A stretch of 64,000 nucleotides of DNA. Origin: the human T2T-CHM13v2.0 reference genome, Homo sapiens. Of this stretch, positions 27,701-42,680 are shown piece after piece. The notes beneath the pieces are model-generated. The model saw nothing but the letters and a program-made list of their open reading frames with translations, was not told the origin of the DNA and ran no database searches. Each line of letters begins with the position of its first letter. Position 1 is the first letter of the stretch. The translations under genes and the position numbers were made by a program. The stretch is taken from NCBI RefSeq assembly GCF_009914755.1, contig NC_060925.1; one strand, 5' to 3'.

Positions 27701-30150
27701 TAGTATAGAATCGAATGGAATCATCGAATGGACTCGAATGGAATAATCATTGAACGGAATCGAATGGAATCATCATCGGATGGAAACGAATGGAATCATC
27801 ATCGAATGGAAATGAAAGGAGTCATCATCTAATGGAATTGCATGGAATCATCATAAAATGGAATCGAATGGAATCAACATCAAATGGAATCAAATGGAAT
27901 CATTGAACGGAATTGAATGGAATCGTCATCGAATGAATTGAATGCAATCATCGAATGGTCTCGAATGGAATCATCTTCAAATGGAATGGAATGGAATCAT
28001 CGCATAGAATCGAATGGAATTATCATCGAATGGAATCGAATGGTATCAACATCAAACGGAAAAAAACGGAATTATCGAATGGAATCAAAGAGAATCTTCG
28101 AACGTACCCGAATGGAATCATCTAATGGAGTGGAATGGAATAATCCATGGACTCGAATGCAATCATCATCGAATGGAATCGAATGGAATCATCGAATGGA
28201 CTCGAATGGAATAATCATTGAACGGAATCGAATGGAATCATCATCGGATGGAAATAAATGGAATGATCATCGAATGGAATCGAATATAATTATGGAATGA
28301 AATCCAGTGTGATCATCATCGAATGGACCCGAATGGAATCATCATCCAACGGAAGCTAATGGAATCAACATCGAATGAATCGAATGGAAACACCATCGAA
28401 TTGAAACGAATGGAATTATCATGAAATTGAAATGGATGGACTCATCATCGAATGGATTCGAATGGAATCATCGAATAAAATTGATTGAAATCATCATCAA
28501 ATGGAATCGAATGGTGTCATTGAATGGGATCGAATGGAATCATCGTCAGATGGAAATGAATGGAATCGTCATAGAATGGAATCGAATGGATTCATTGAAT
28601 GGAATCAGATGGAATCATCGAATGGACTGGAATGGAATCATTGAATGGACTCGAATGGAATCATTATTGAATGGAATTGAATGGAATCATCGAATGGTCT
28701 CGATTGGAATCATTATCAAATGGAATCGAATGGAATCACCGAATAGAATCGAATGGAACAATCATCGAATGGACTCAAATGGAATTATCCTCAAATGGAA
28801 TGGAATGGAATTATCGAATGCAATCGAATGGAATTATCGAATGCAATCGAATAGAATCATGGAATGGACTCGAATGGAATCATCGAATGGAATGGAATGG
28901 AACAGTCAATGAACTCGAATGGAATCATCATTGAATGGAATCGAATGGAATCATCGAGTGGAATCGAATGGAATTATGATCAAATGGAATCGAATGTAAT
29001 CCTCATCAAATGGAATCAAAAATAACCATCATCAATTGGTATTGAATGGAATTGTCATCAAATGGAATTCAAAGGAATCATCATCAAATGGAACCGAATG
29101 GAATCCTCATTGAATGGAAATGAAAGTGGTCATCATCTAATGGAATCGCATGGAATCATCATCAAATGGAATCGAATGGAATCATCATCAAATGGAATCT
29201 AATGGAATCATTGAACAGAATTGAATGGAATCGTCATCGAATGAATTGAATGCAATCATCGAATGGTCTCGAATGGAATCATCTTCAAATGGAAAGGAAT
29301 GGAATCATCGCATAGAATCGAATGGAATTATCATCGAATGGAATCCAATGGTATCAACATCAAACGGAAAAAAACGGAATTATGGAATGGAATCGAAGAG
29401 AATCTTCGAACGGACCCGAATGGAATCATCTAATGGAATGGAATGGAATAATCCATGGACTCGAATGCAATCATCATCGAATGGAATCGAATGGAATCAT
29501 CGAATGGACTCGTATGGAATAATCATTGAATGGAATCGAATGGAATCATCTTCGGATGGAAACGAATGGAATCATCATCGAATGGAAATCAAAGGAGTCA
29601 TCATCTAATGGAATTGCATGGAATCATCATAAAATGGAATCGAATGGAATCAACATCAAATGGAATCAAATGGAATCATTGAACGGAATTGAATGGAATC
29701 GTCATCGAATGAATTCAATGCAATCATCGAATGGTCTCGAATGGAATCATCTTCAAATGGAATGGAATGGAATCATCGCATAGAATCGAATGGAATTATC
29801 ATCGAATGGAATCGAATGGAATCAACATCCAACGGAAAAAAACGGAATTATCGAATGGAATCGAAGAGAATCATCGAATGGACCTGAATGGAATCATGTA
29901 ATGGAATGGAATGGAATAATCCATGGACTCGAATGCAATCATCATCGAATGGAATCGAATGGAATCATCGAATGGACTCGAATGGAATAATCATTGAACG
30001 GAATCGAATGGAATCATCATCGGATGGAAATGAATGGAATCATCATCGAATGGAATCGAATAGAATTATGGAATGAAATCCAGTGTGATCATCATCGAAT
30101 GGACCCGAATGGAATCATCATCCAACGGAAGCTAATGGAATCAACATCGA
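21800..30150. repeat. Copy 1 of an ~8.3-kb multi-unit direct duplication (offset 12,530)
   Basis: Private variants recur at exactly +12,530: 21961/34491 TCAACAATAA, ORFs 22170/34700, 23142/35672, 27546/40076, 29888/42418. Boundaries are approximate. Confidence 0.92.
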
Positions 30151-33100
30151 ATGAATCGAAAGGAAACACCATCGAATTGAAACGAATGGAATTATCATGA
30201 AATTGAAATGGATGGACTCATCATCGAATGGATTCGAATGGAATCATCGAATAAAATTGATTGAAATCATCATCGAATGGAATCGAATGGTATCATTGAA
30301 TGGAATCGAATGGAATCATCATCAGATGGAAATGAATGGAATCGTCATAGAATGGAATCGGATGGATTCATTGAATGGAATCAGATGGAATCATCGAATG
30401 GACTGGAATGGAATCATTGAATGGACTCGAAAGGGATCATTATTGAATGGAATTGAATGGAATCATCGAATGGTCTCGATTGGAATCATTATCAAATGGA
30501 ATCGAATGGAATCACCGAATAGAATCGAATGGAACAATCATCGAATGGACTCAAATGGAATTATCCTCAAATGGAATCGAATGGAATTATCGAATGCAAT
30601 CGAATGGAATTATCGAATGCAATCGAATAGAATCATCGAATGGACTCGAATGGAATCATCGAATGGAATGGAATGGAACAGTCAATGAACTCGAATGGAA
30701 TCATCATTGAATGGAATCGAATGGAATCATCGAGTGGAATCGAATGGAATTAAGATCAAATGGAATCGAATGTAATCATCATCAAATGGAATCAAAAATA
30801 ACCATCATCAATTGGTATTGAATGGAATTGTCATCAAATGGAATTCAAAGGAATCATCATCAAATGGAACCGAATGGAATCCTCGTTGAATGGAAATGAA
30901 AGGGGTCATCATCTAATGGAATCGCATGGAAACATCATAAAATGGAATCGAATGGAATCAACATCAAATGGAATCAAATGGAATCATTGAACGGAATTGA
31001 ATGGAATGGTCATCGAAAGAATTGAATGCAATCATCGAATGGTCTCGAATGGAATCATCTTCAAATGGAATGGAATTGAATCATCGCATAGAATCGAAAG
31101 GAATTATCATCGAATGGAATCGAATGGAATCAACACCAAACGGAAAAAAACGGAATTATCGAATGGAATCGAAGAGAATCATCGAATGGACCCGAATGGA
31201 ATCATCTAATGGAATGGAATGGAATAATCCATGGACTCGAATGCAATCATCATCGAATGGAATCGAATGGAATCATCGAATGGACTCGAATGGAATAATC
31301 ATTGAACGCATTCGAATGGAATCATCATCAGATGGAAACGAATGGAATCATCATCGAATGGAATCGAATAGAATTATGGAATGAAATCCAGTGTGATCAT
31401 CATCGAATGGACCCGAATGGAATCATCATCCAACGGAAGCTAATGGAATCAACATCGAATGAATCAAATGGAAACACCATCGAATTGAAACGAATGGAAT
31501 TACCATGACATTGAAATGGATGGACTCATCATCAAATGGATTCGAATGGAATCATCGAATAAAATTGATTGAAATCATCATCGAATGGAATCGAATGGTA
31601 TCATTGAATGGAATCGAATGGAATCATCATCAGATGGAAATGAATGGAATCGTCATAGAATGGAATCGAATGGATTCATTGAATGGAATCAGATGGAATC
31701 ATTGAATGGACTGGAATGGAATCATTGAATGGACTCGAAAGGGATCATTATTGAATGGAATTGAATGGAATCATCGAATGGTCTCGATAGGAATCATTAT
31801 CAAATGGAATCGAATGGAATCACCGAATAGAATCGAATGGAACAATCATCGAATGGACTCAAATGGAATTATCCTCTAATGGAATCGAATGGAATTATCG
31901 AATGCAATCGAATGGAATTATCGAATGCAATCGAATAGAATCATCGAATGGACTCGAATGGAATCATCGAATGGAATGGAATGGAACAGTCAATGAACTC
32001 GAATGGAATCATCATTGAATGGAATCGAATGGAATCATCGAGTGGAATCGAAAGGAATTATGACCAAATGGAATCGAATGTAATCATCATCAAATGGAAT
32101 CAAAAATAAACATCATCAATTGGTATTGAATGGAATTGTCATCAAATGGAATTCAAAGGAATCATCATCAAATGGAACCGAATGGAATCCTCATTGAATG
32201 GAAATGAAAGGGGTCATCATCTAATGGAATCGCATGGAATCATCATCAAATGGAATCGAATGGAATCATCATCAAATGGAATCTAATGGAATCATTGAAA
32301 AGAATTGAATGGAATAGTCATCGAATGAATTGAATGCAATCATCGAATGGTCTCGAATGGAATCATCTTCTAATGGAAAGGAATGGAATCATCGCATAGA
32401 ATCGAATGGAATTATCATCGAATGGAATCGAATGGTATCAACACCAAACGGAAAAAAACGGAATTATCGAATGGAATCGAAGAGAATCTTCGAACGGACC
32501 CGAATGGAATCATCTAATGGAATGGAATGGAATAATCCATGGACTCGAATGCAATCATCATCGAATGGAATCGAATGGAATCATCGAATGGACTCGAATG
32601 GAATAATCATTGAACGGAATCGAATGGAATCATCATCGGATGGAAACGAATGGAATCATCATCGAATGGAAGTGAAAGGAGTCATCATCTAATGGAATTG
32701 CATGGAATCATCATCAAATGGAATCGAATGGAATCAACATCAAATGGAATCAAATGGAATCATTGAACGGAATTGAATGGAATCGTCTTCGAATGAATTG
32801 AATGCAATCATCAAATGGTCTCGAATGTAATCACATTCTAATGGAAAGGAATGGAATCGTCGCATAGAATCGAATGGAATTAACATTGAATGGACTCGAA
32901 TGGAATCTACATCAAACGGAATCAAGCGGAATTATCGAATGGAATCGAAGAGAATCATCGAATGGTCTCGAATGGAATCATCTTCTAATGGAAAGGAATG
33001 GAATCATCTCATAGAATCGAATGGAATTAACATTGAATGGACTCGAATGGAATCAACATCAAATGGAATCAAGGGGAATTATCGAATGAAATCGAAGAGA

Positions 33101-34329
33101 ATCATCGAATGGACTCGAATGAAATCATCTAATGGAATGGAATGGAATAATCCATGGACTCGAATGCAATCATCATCGTATAGAATCGAATGGAATCATC
33201 GAAAGGACTCGAATGGAATAACCATTGAACGGAATCGAATGGAATCATCATCGGATGGAAACGAATGGAATCATCATCGAATGGAAATGAAAGGAGTCAT
33301 CATCTAATGGAATTGCATGGAATCATCATAAAATGGAATCGAATGGAATCATCATCAAATGGAATCAAATGGAATCATTGAACGGAATTGAATGGAATCG
33401 TCATCGAATGAATTGAATGCAATCATCAAATGGTCTCGAAAGGAATCATCTTCAAATGGAATGGAATGGAATCATCGCATAGAATCGAATGGAATTATCA
33501 TCGAATGGAATCGAATGGTATCAACATCAAACGGAAAAAAACGGAATTATCGAATGGAATCGAAGAGAATCTTCGAACGGACCCGAATGGAATCATCTAA
33601 TGGAATGGAATGGAATAATCCATGGACTCGAATGCAATCATCATCGAATGGAATCGAATGGAATCATCGAATGGACTCGAATGGAATAATCATTGAACGG
33701 AATCGAATGGAATCATCATCGGATGGAAACGAAAGGAATCATCATCGAATGGAATCGAATAGAATTATGGAATGAAATCCAGTGTGATCATCATCGAATG
33801 GTCCCGAATGGAATCATCATCCAACGGAAGCTAATGGAATCAACATCGAATGAATCGAAAGGAAACACCATCGAATTGAAACGAATGGAATTATCATGAA
33901 ATTGAAATGGATGGACTCATCATCGAATGGATTCGAATGGAATCATCGAATAAAATTGATTGAAATCATCATCGAATGGAATCGAATGGTATCATTGAAT
34001 GGAATCGAATGGAATCATCATCAGATGGAAATGAATGGAATCGTCATAGAATGGAATCGAATGGATTCATTGAATGGAATCAGATGGAATCATCGAATGG
34101 ACTGGAATGGAATCATTGAATGGACTCGAAAGGGATCATTATTGAATGGAATTGAATGGAATCATCGAATGGTCTCGATTGGAATCATTATCAAATGGAA
34201 TCGAATGGAATCACCGAATAGAATCGAATGGAACAATCATCGAATGGACTCAAATGGAATTATCCTCAAATGGAATCGAATGGAATTATCGAATGCAATC
34301 GAATGGAATTATCGAATGCAATCGAATAG

Positions 34330-37300
34330 AATCATCGAATGGACTCGAATGGAATCATCGAATGGAATGGAATGGAACAGTCAATGAACTCGAATGGAAT
34401 CATCATTGAATGGAATCGAATGGAATCATCGAGTGGAATCGAATGGAATTATGATCAAATGGAATCGAATGTAATCATCATCAAATGGAATCAACAATAA
34501 CCATCATCAATTGGTATTGAATGGAATTGTCATCAAATGGAATTCAAAGGAATCATCATCAAATGGAACCGAATGGAATCCTCATTGAATGGAAATGAAA
34601 GGGGTCATCATCTAATGGAATCGCATGGAATCATCATCAAATGGAATCGAATGGAATCATCATCAAATGGAATCTAATGGAATCATTGAAAAGAATTGAA
34701 TGGAATCATCATCGAATGAATTGAATGCAATCATCGAATGGTCTCGAATGGAATCATCTTCTAATGGAAAGGAATGGAATCATCGCATAGAATCGAATGG
34801 AATTATCATCGAATGGAATCGAATGGTATCAACACCAAACGGAAAAAAACGGAATTATCGAATGGAATCGAAGAGAATCAACGAACGGACCCGAATGGAA
34901 TCATCTAATGGAACGGAATGGAATAATCCATGGACTCGAATGCAATCATCATCGAATGGAATCGAATGGAATCATCGAATGGACTCGAATGGAATAATCA
35001 TTGAACGGAATCGAATGGAATCATCATCGGATGGAAACGAATGGAATCATCATCGAATGGAAATGAAAGGAGTCATCATCTAATGGAATTGCATGGAATC
35101 ATCATCAAATGGAATCGAATGGAATCAACATCAAATGGAATCAAATGGAATCATTGAACGGAATTGAATGGAATCGTCATCGAATGAATTGAATGCAATC
35201 ATCGAATGGTCTCGAATGGAATCATCTTCAAATGGAATGGAATGGAATCATCGCATAGAATCGAATGGAATTATCATCGAATGGAATCGAATGGAATCAA
35301 CATCAAACGGAAAAAAACGGAATTATCGAATGGAATCGAAGAGAATCATCGAATGGACCCGAATGGAATCATCTAATGGAATGGAATGGAATAATCCATG
35401 GACTCGAATGCAATCATCATCGAATGGAATCGAATGGAATCATCGAATGGACTCGAATGGAATAATCATTGAACGGAATCGAATGGAATCATCATCGGAT
35501 GGAAATGAATGGAATCATCATCGAATGGAATCGAATAGAATTATGGAATGAAATCCAGTGTGATCATCATCGAATGGACCCGAATGGAATCATCATCCAA
35601 CGGAAGCTAATGGAATCAACATCGAATGAATCAAATGGAAACACCATCGAATTGAAACGAATGGAATTACCATGAAATTGAAATGGATGGACTCATCATC
35701 AAATGGATTCGAGTGGAATCATCGAATAAAATTGATTGAAATCATCATCGAATGGAATCGAATGGTATCATTGAATGGAATCGAATGGAATCATCATCAG
35801 ATGGAAATGAAAGGAATCGTCATAGAATGGAATCGAATGGATTCATTGAATGGAATCAGATGGAATCATTGAATGGACTGGAATGGAATCATTGAATGGA
35901 CTCGAAAGGGATCATTATTGAATGGAATTGAATGGAATCATCGAATGGTCTCGATTGGAATCATTATCAAATGGAATCGAATGGAATCACCGAATAGAAT
36001 CGAATGGAACAATCATCGAATGGACTCAAATGGAATTATCCTCAAATGGAATCGAATGGAATTATCGAATGCAATCAAATAGAATCATCGAATGGACTCG
36101 AATGGAATCATCGAATGGAATGGAATGGAACAGTCAATGAACTCGAATGGAATCATCATTGAATGGAATCGAATGGAATCATCGAGTGGAATCGAATGTA
36201 ATCATCATCAAATGGAATCAAAAATAACCATCATCAAATGGAATCAAAAATAACCATCATCAATTGGTATTGAATGGAATTCTCATAAAATGGAATTCAA
36301 AGGAATCATCATCAAATGGAACCGAATGGAATCCTCATTGAATGGAAATGAAAGGGGTCATCATGTAATGGAATCGCATGGAATCATCATAAAATGGAAT
36401 CGAATGGAATCAACATCAAATGGAATCAAATGGAATCATTGAACGGAATTGAATGGAATGGTCATCGAAAGAATTGAATGCAATCATCGAATGGTCTCGA
36501 ATGGAATCATCTTCAAATGGAATGGAATGGAATCATCGCATAGAATCGAAAGGAATTGTCATCGAATGGAATCGAATGGAATCAACACCAAACGGAAAAA
36601 AACGGAATTATCGAATGGAATCGAAGAGAATCATCGAATGGACCCGAATGGAATCATCTAATGGAATGGAATGGAATAATCCATGGACACGAATGCAATC
36701 ATCATCGAATGGAATCGAATGGAATCATCGAATGGACTCAAATGGAATAATCATTGAACGGAATCGAATGGAATCATCATCGGATGGAAACGAATGGAAT
36801 CATCATCGAATGGAATCGAATAGAATTATGGAATGAAATCCAGTGTGATCATCATCGAATGGACCCGAATGGAATCATCATCCAACGGAAGCTAATGGAA
36901 TCAACATCGAATGAATCAAATGGAAACACCATCGAATTGAAACGAATGGAATTACCATGAAATTGAAATGGATGGACTCATCATCAAATGGATTCGAATG
37001 GAATCATCGAATAAAATTGATTGAAATCATCATCGAATGGAATCGAATGGTATCATTGAATGGAATCGAATGGAATCATCATCAGATGGAAATGAATGGA
37101 ATCGTCATAGAATGGAATCGAATGGATTCATTGAATGGAATCAGATGGAATCATTGAATGGACTGGAATGGAATCATTGAATGGACTCGAAAGGGATCAT
37201 TATTGAATGGAATTGAATGGAATCATCGAATGGTCTCGATAGGAATCATTATCAAATGGAATCGAATGGAATCACCGAATAGAATCGAATGGAACAATCA

Positions 37301-40300
37301 TCGAATGGACTCAAATGGAATTATCCTCTAATGGAATCGAATGGAATTATCGAATGCAATCGAATGGAATTATCGAATGCAATCGAATAGAATCATCGAA
37401 TGGACTCGAATGGAATCATCGAATGGAATGGAATGGAACAGTCAATGAACTCGAATGGAATCATCATTGAATGGAATCGAATGGAATCATCGAGTGGAAT
37501 CGAAAGGAATTATGACCAAATGGAATCGAATGTAATCATCATCAAATGGAATCAAAAATAACCATCATCAATTGGTATTGAATGGAATTGTCATCAAATG
37601 GAATTCAAAGGAATCATCATCAAATGGAACCGAATGGAATCCTCATTGAATGGAAATGAAAGGGGTCATCATCTAATGGAATCGCATGGAATCATCATCA
37701 AATGGAATCGAATGGAATCATCATCAAATGGAATCTAATGGAATCATTGAAAAGAATTGAATGGAATCGTCATCGAATGAATTGAATGCAATCATCGAAT
37801 GGTCTCGAATGGAATCATCTTCTAATGGAAAGGAATGGAATCATCGCATAGAATCGAATGGAATTATCATCGAATGGAATCGAATGGTATCAACACCAAA
37901 CGGAAAAAAACGGAATTATCGAATGGAATCGAAGAGAATCTTCGAACGGACCCGAATGGAATCATCTAATGGAATGGAATGGAATAATCCATGGACTCGA
38001 ATGCAATCATCATCGAATGGAATCGAATGGAATCATCGAATGGACTCGAATGGAATAATCATTGAACGGAATCGAATGGAATCATCATCGGATGGAAACG
38101 AATGGAATCATCATCGAATGGAAGTGAAAGGAGTCATCATCTAATGGAATTGCATGGAATCATCATCAAATGGAATCGAATGGAATCAACATCAAATGGA
38201 ATCAAATGGAATCATTGAACGGAATTGAATGGAATCGTCATCGACTGAATTGAATGCAATCATCGAATGGTCTCGAATGGAATCATCTTCAAATGGAATG
38301 GAATGGAATCATCGCATAGAATCGAATGGAATTATCATCGAATGGAATCGAATGGAATCAACATCAAACGGAAAAAAACGGAATTATCGAATGGAATCGA
38401 AGAGAATCATCGAATGGACCCGAATGGAATCATCTAATGGAATGGAATGGAATAATCCATGGACTCGAATGCAATCATCATCGAATGGAATCGAATGGAA
38501 TCATCGAATGGACTCGAATGGAATAATCATTGAACGGAATCGAATGGAATCATCATCGGATGGAAATGAAAGGAGTCATCATCTAATGGAATTGCATGTA
38601 ATCATCATAAAATGGAATCGAATGGAATCAACATCAAATTGAATCAAATGGAATCATTGAACGGAATTGAATGGAATCGTCATCGAATGAATTGAATGCA
38701 ATCATCGAATGGTCTCGAATGGAATCATCTTCAAATGGAATGGAATGGAATCATCGCATAGAATCGAATGGAATTATCATCGAATGGAATCGAATGGAAT
38801 CAACATCAAACGGAAAAAAACGGAATTATCGAATGGAATCGAAGAGAATCATCGAATGGACCCGAATGGAATCATCTAATGGAATGGAATGGAATAATCC
38901 ATGGACTCGAATGCAATCATCATCGAATGGAATCGAATGGAATCATCGAATGGACTCGAATGGAATAATCATTGAACGGAATCGAATGGAATCGTCATCA
39001 GATGGAAATGAATGGAATCATCATCGAATGGAATCGAATAGAATTATGGAATGAAATCCAGTGTGATCATCATCGAATGGACCCGAATGGAATCATCATC
39101 CAACGGAAGCTAATGGAATCAACATCGAATGAATCGAATGGAAACACCATCGAATTGAAACGAATGGAATTACCATGAAATTGAAATGGATGGACTCATC
39201 ATCGAATGGATTCGAATGGAATCATCGAATAAAATTGATTGAAATCATCATCGAATGGTATCGAATGGTATCATTGAATGGAATCGAATGGAATCATCCT
39301 CAGATGGAAATGAATGGAATTGTCATAGAATGGAATCGAATGGATTCATTGAATGGAATCAGATGGAATCATCGAATGGACTGGAATGGAATCATTGAAT
39401 GGACTCGAAAGGGATCATTATTGAATGGAATTGAATGGAATCATCGAATGGTCTCGATTGGAATCATTATCAAATGGAATCGAATGGAATCACCGAATAG
39501 AATCGAATGGAACAATCATCGAATGGACTCAAATGGAATTATCCTCAAATGGAATCGAATGGAATTATCGAATGCAATCGAATGGAATTATCGAATGCAA
39601 TCGAATAGAATCATCGAATGGACTCGAATGGAATCATCGAATGGAATGGAATGGAACAGTCAATGAACTCGAATGGAATCATCATTGAATGGAATCGAAT
39701 GGAATCATCGAGTGGAATCGAATGGAATTATGATCAAATGGAATCGAATGTAATCATCATCAAATGGAATCAAAAATAACCATCATCAATTGGTATTGAA
39801 TGGAATTCTCATCAAATGGAATTCAAAGGAATCATCATCAAATGGAACTGAATGGAATCCTCATTGAATGGAAATGAAAGGGGTCATCATCTAATGGAAT
39901 CGCATGGAATCATCATCAAATGGAATCGAATGGAATCACCATCAAATGGAATCTGATGGAATCATTGAACAGAATTGAACGGAATCGTCATCGAATGAAT
40001 TGAATGCAATCATCTCATGGTCTCGAATGTAATCACATTCTAATGGAAAGGAATGGAATCATCGCATAGAATCGAATGGAATTAACATTGAATGGACTCG
40101 AATGGAATCAACATCAAACGGAATCAAGCGGAATTATCGAATGGAATCGAAGAGAATCATCGAATGGACTCGAATGGAATCATCTATTGGAATGGAATGG
40201 AATAATCCACGGACCCGAATGCAATCATCATAGTATAGAATCGAATGGAATCATCGAATGGACTCGAATGGAATAATCATTGAACGGAATCGAATGGAAT

Positions 40301-42680
40301 CATCATCGGATGGAAACGAATGGAATCATCATCGAATGGAAATGAAAGGAGTCATCATCTAATGGAATTGCATGGAATCATCATAAAATGGAATCGAATG
40401 GAATCAACATCAAATGGAATCAAATGGAATCATTGAACGGAATTGAATGGAATCGTCATCGAATGAATTGAATGCAATCATCGAATGGTCTCGAATGGAA
40501 TCATCTTCAAATGGATTGGAATGGAATCATCGCATAGAATCGAATGGAATTATCATCGAATGGAATCGAATGGTATCAACATCAAACGGAAAAAAACGGA
40601 ATTATCGAATGGAATCGAAGAGAATCTTCGAACGTACCCGAATGGAATCATCTAATGGAGTGGAATGGAATAATCCATGGACTCGAATGCAATCATCATC
40701 GAATGGAATCGAATGGAATCATCGAATGGACTCGAATGGAATAATCATTGATCGGAATCGAATGGAATCATCATCGGATGGAAATAAATGGAATGATCAT
40801 CGAATGGAATCGAATATAATTATGGAATGAAATCCAGTGTGATCATCATCGAATGGACCCGAATGGAATCATCATCCAACGGAAGCTAATGGAATCAACA
40901 TCGAATGAATCGAATGGAAACACCATCGAATTGAAACGAATGGAATTATCATGAAATTGAAATGGATGGACTCATCATCGAATGGATTCGAATGGAATCA
41001 TCGAATAAAATTGATTGAAATCATCATCAAATGGAATCGAATGGTGTCATTGAATGGGATCGAATGGAATCATCGTCAGATGGAAATGAATGGAATCGTC
41101 ATAGAATGGAATCGAATGGATTCATTGAATGGAATCAGATGGAATCATCGAATGGACTGGAATGGAATCATTGAATGGACTCGAATGGAATCATTATTGA
41201 ATGGAATTGAATGGAATCATCGAATGGTCTCGATTGGAATCATTATCAAATGGAATCGAATGGAATCACCGAATAGAATCGAATGGAACAATCATCGAAT
41301 GGACTCAAATGGAATTATCCTCAAATGGAATGGAATGGAATTATCGAATGCAATCGAATGGAATTATCGAATGCAATCGAATAGAATCATGGAATGGACT
41401 CGAATGGAATCATCGAATGGAATGGAATGGAACAGTCAATGAACTCGAATGGAATCATCATTGAATGGAATCGAATGGAATCATCGAGTGGAATCGAATG
41501 GAATTATGATCAAATGGAATCGAATGTAATCCTCATCAAATGGAATCAAAAATAACCATCATCAATTGGTATTGAATGGAATTGTCATCAAATGGAATTC
41601 AAAGGAATCATCATCAAATGGAACCGAATGGAATCCTCATTGAATGGAAATGAAAGTGGTCATCATCTAATGGAATCGCATGGAATCATCATCAAATGGA
41701 ATCGAATGGAATCATCATCAAATGGAATCTAATGGAATCATTGAACAGAATTGAATGGAATCGTCATCGAATGAATTGAATGCAATCATCGAATGGTCTC
41801 GAATGGAATCATCTTCAAATGGAAAGGAATGGAATCATCGCATAGAATCGAATGGAATTATCATCGAATGGAATCCAATGGTATCAACATCAAACGGAAA
41901 AAAACGGAATTATGGAATGGAATCGAAGAGAATCTTCGAACGGACCCGAATGGAATCATCTAATGGAATGGAATGGAATAATCCATGGACTCGAATGCAA
42001 TCATCATCGAATGGAATCGAATGGAATCATCGAATGGACTCGTATGGAATAATCATTGAATGGAATCGAATGGAATCATCTTCGGATGGAAACGAATGGA
42101 ATCATCATCGAATGGAAATCAAAGGAGTCATCATCTAATGGAATTGCATGGAATCATCATAAAATGGAATCGAATGGAATCAACATCAAATGGAATCAAA
42201 TGGAATCATTGAACGGAATTGAATGGAATCGTCATCGAATGAATTCAATGCAATCATCGAATGGTCTCGAATGGAATCATCTTCAAATGGAATGGAATGG
42301 AATCATCGCATAGAATCGAATGGAATTATCATCGAATGGAATCGAATGGAATCAACATCCAACGGAAAAAAACGGAATTATCGAATGGAATCGAAGAGAA
42401 TCATCGAATGGACCTGAATGGAATCATGTAATGGAATGGAATGGAATAATCCATGGACTCGAATGCAATCATCATCGAATGGAATCGAATGGAATCATCG
42501 AATGGACTCGAATGGAATAATCATTGAACGGAATCGAATGGAATCATCATCGGATGGAAATGAATGGAATCATCATCGAATGGAATCGAATAGAATTATG
42601 GAATGAAATCCAGTGTGATCATCATCGAATGGACCCGAATGGAATCATCATCCAACGGAAGCTAATGGAATCAACATCGA
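34330..42680. repeat. Copy 2 of the ~8.3-kb duplication
   Basis: Same unit-length series (1776, 1285, 2218, 1776, 1776) and same rare substitutions as 21.8-30.15 kb. Confidence 0.92.

Noticed and set aside
32740-32925. Sole minus-strand ORF, possibly marking an inversion or insertion
   Set aside because: The plus strand stays GAATG-oriented here. The ORF results from point variants at a B/A' junction that remove stops.
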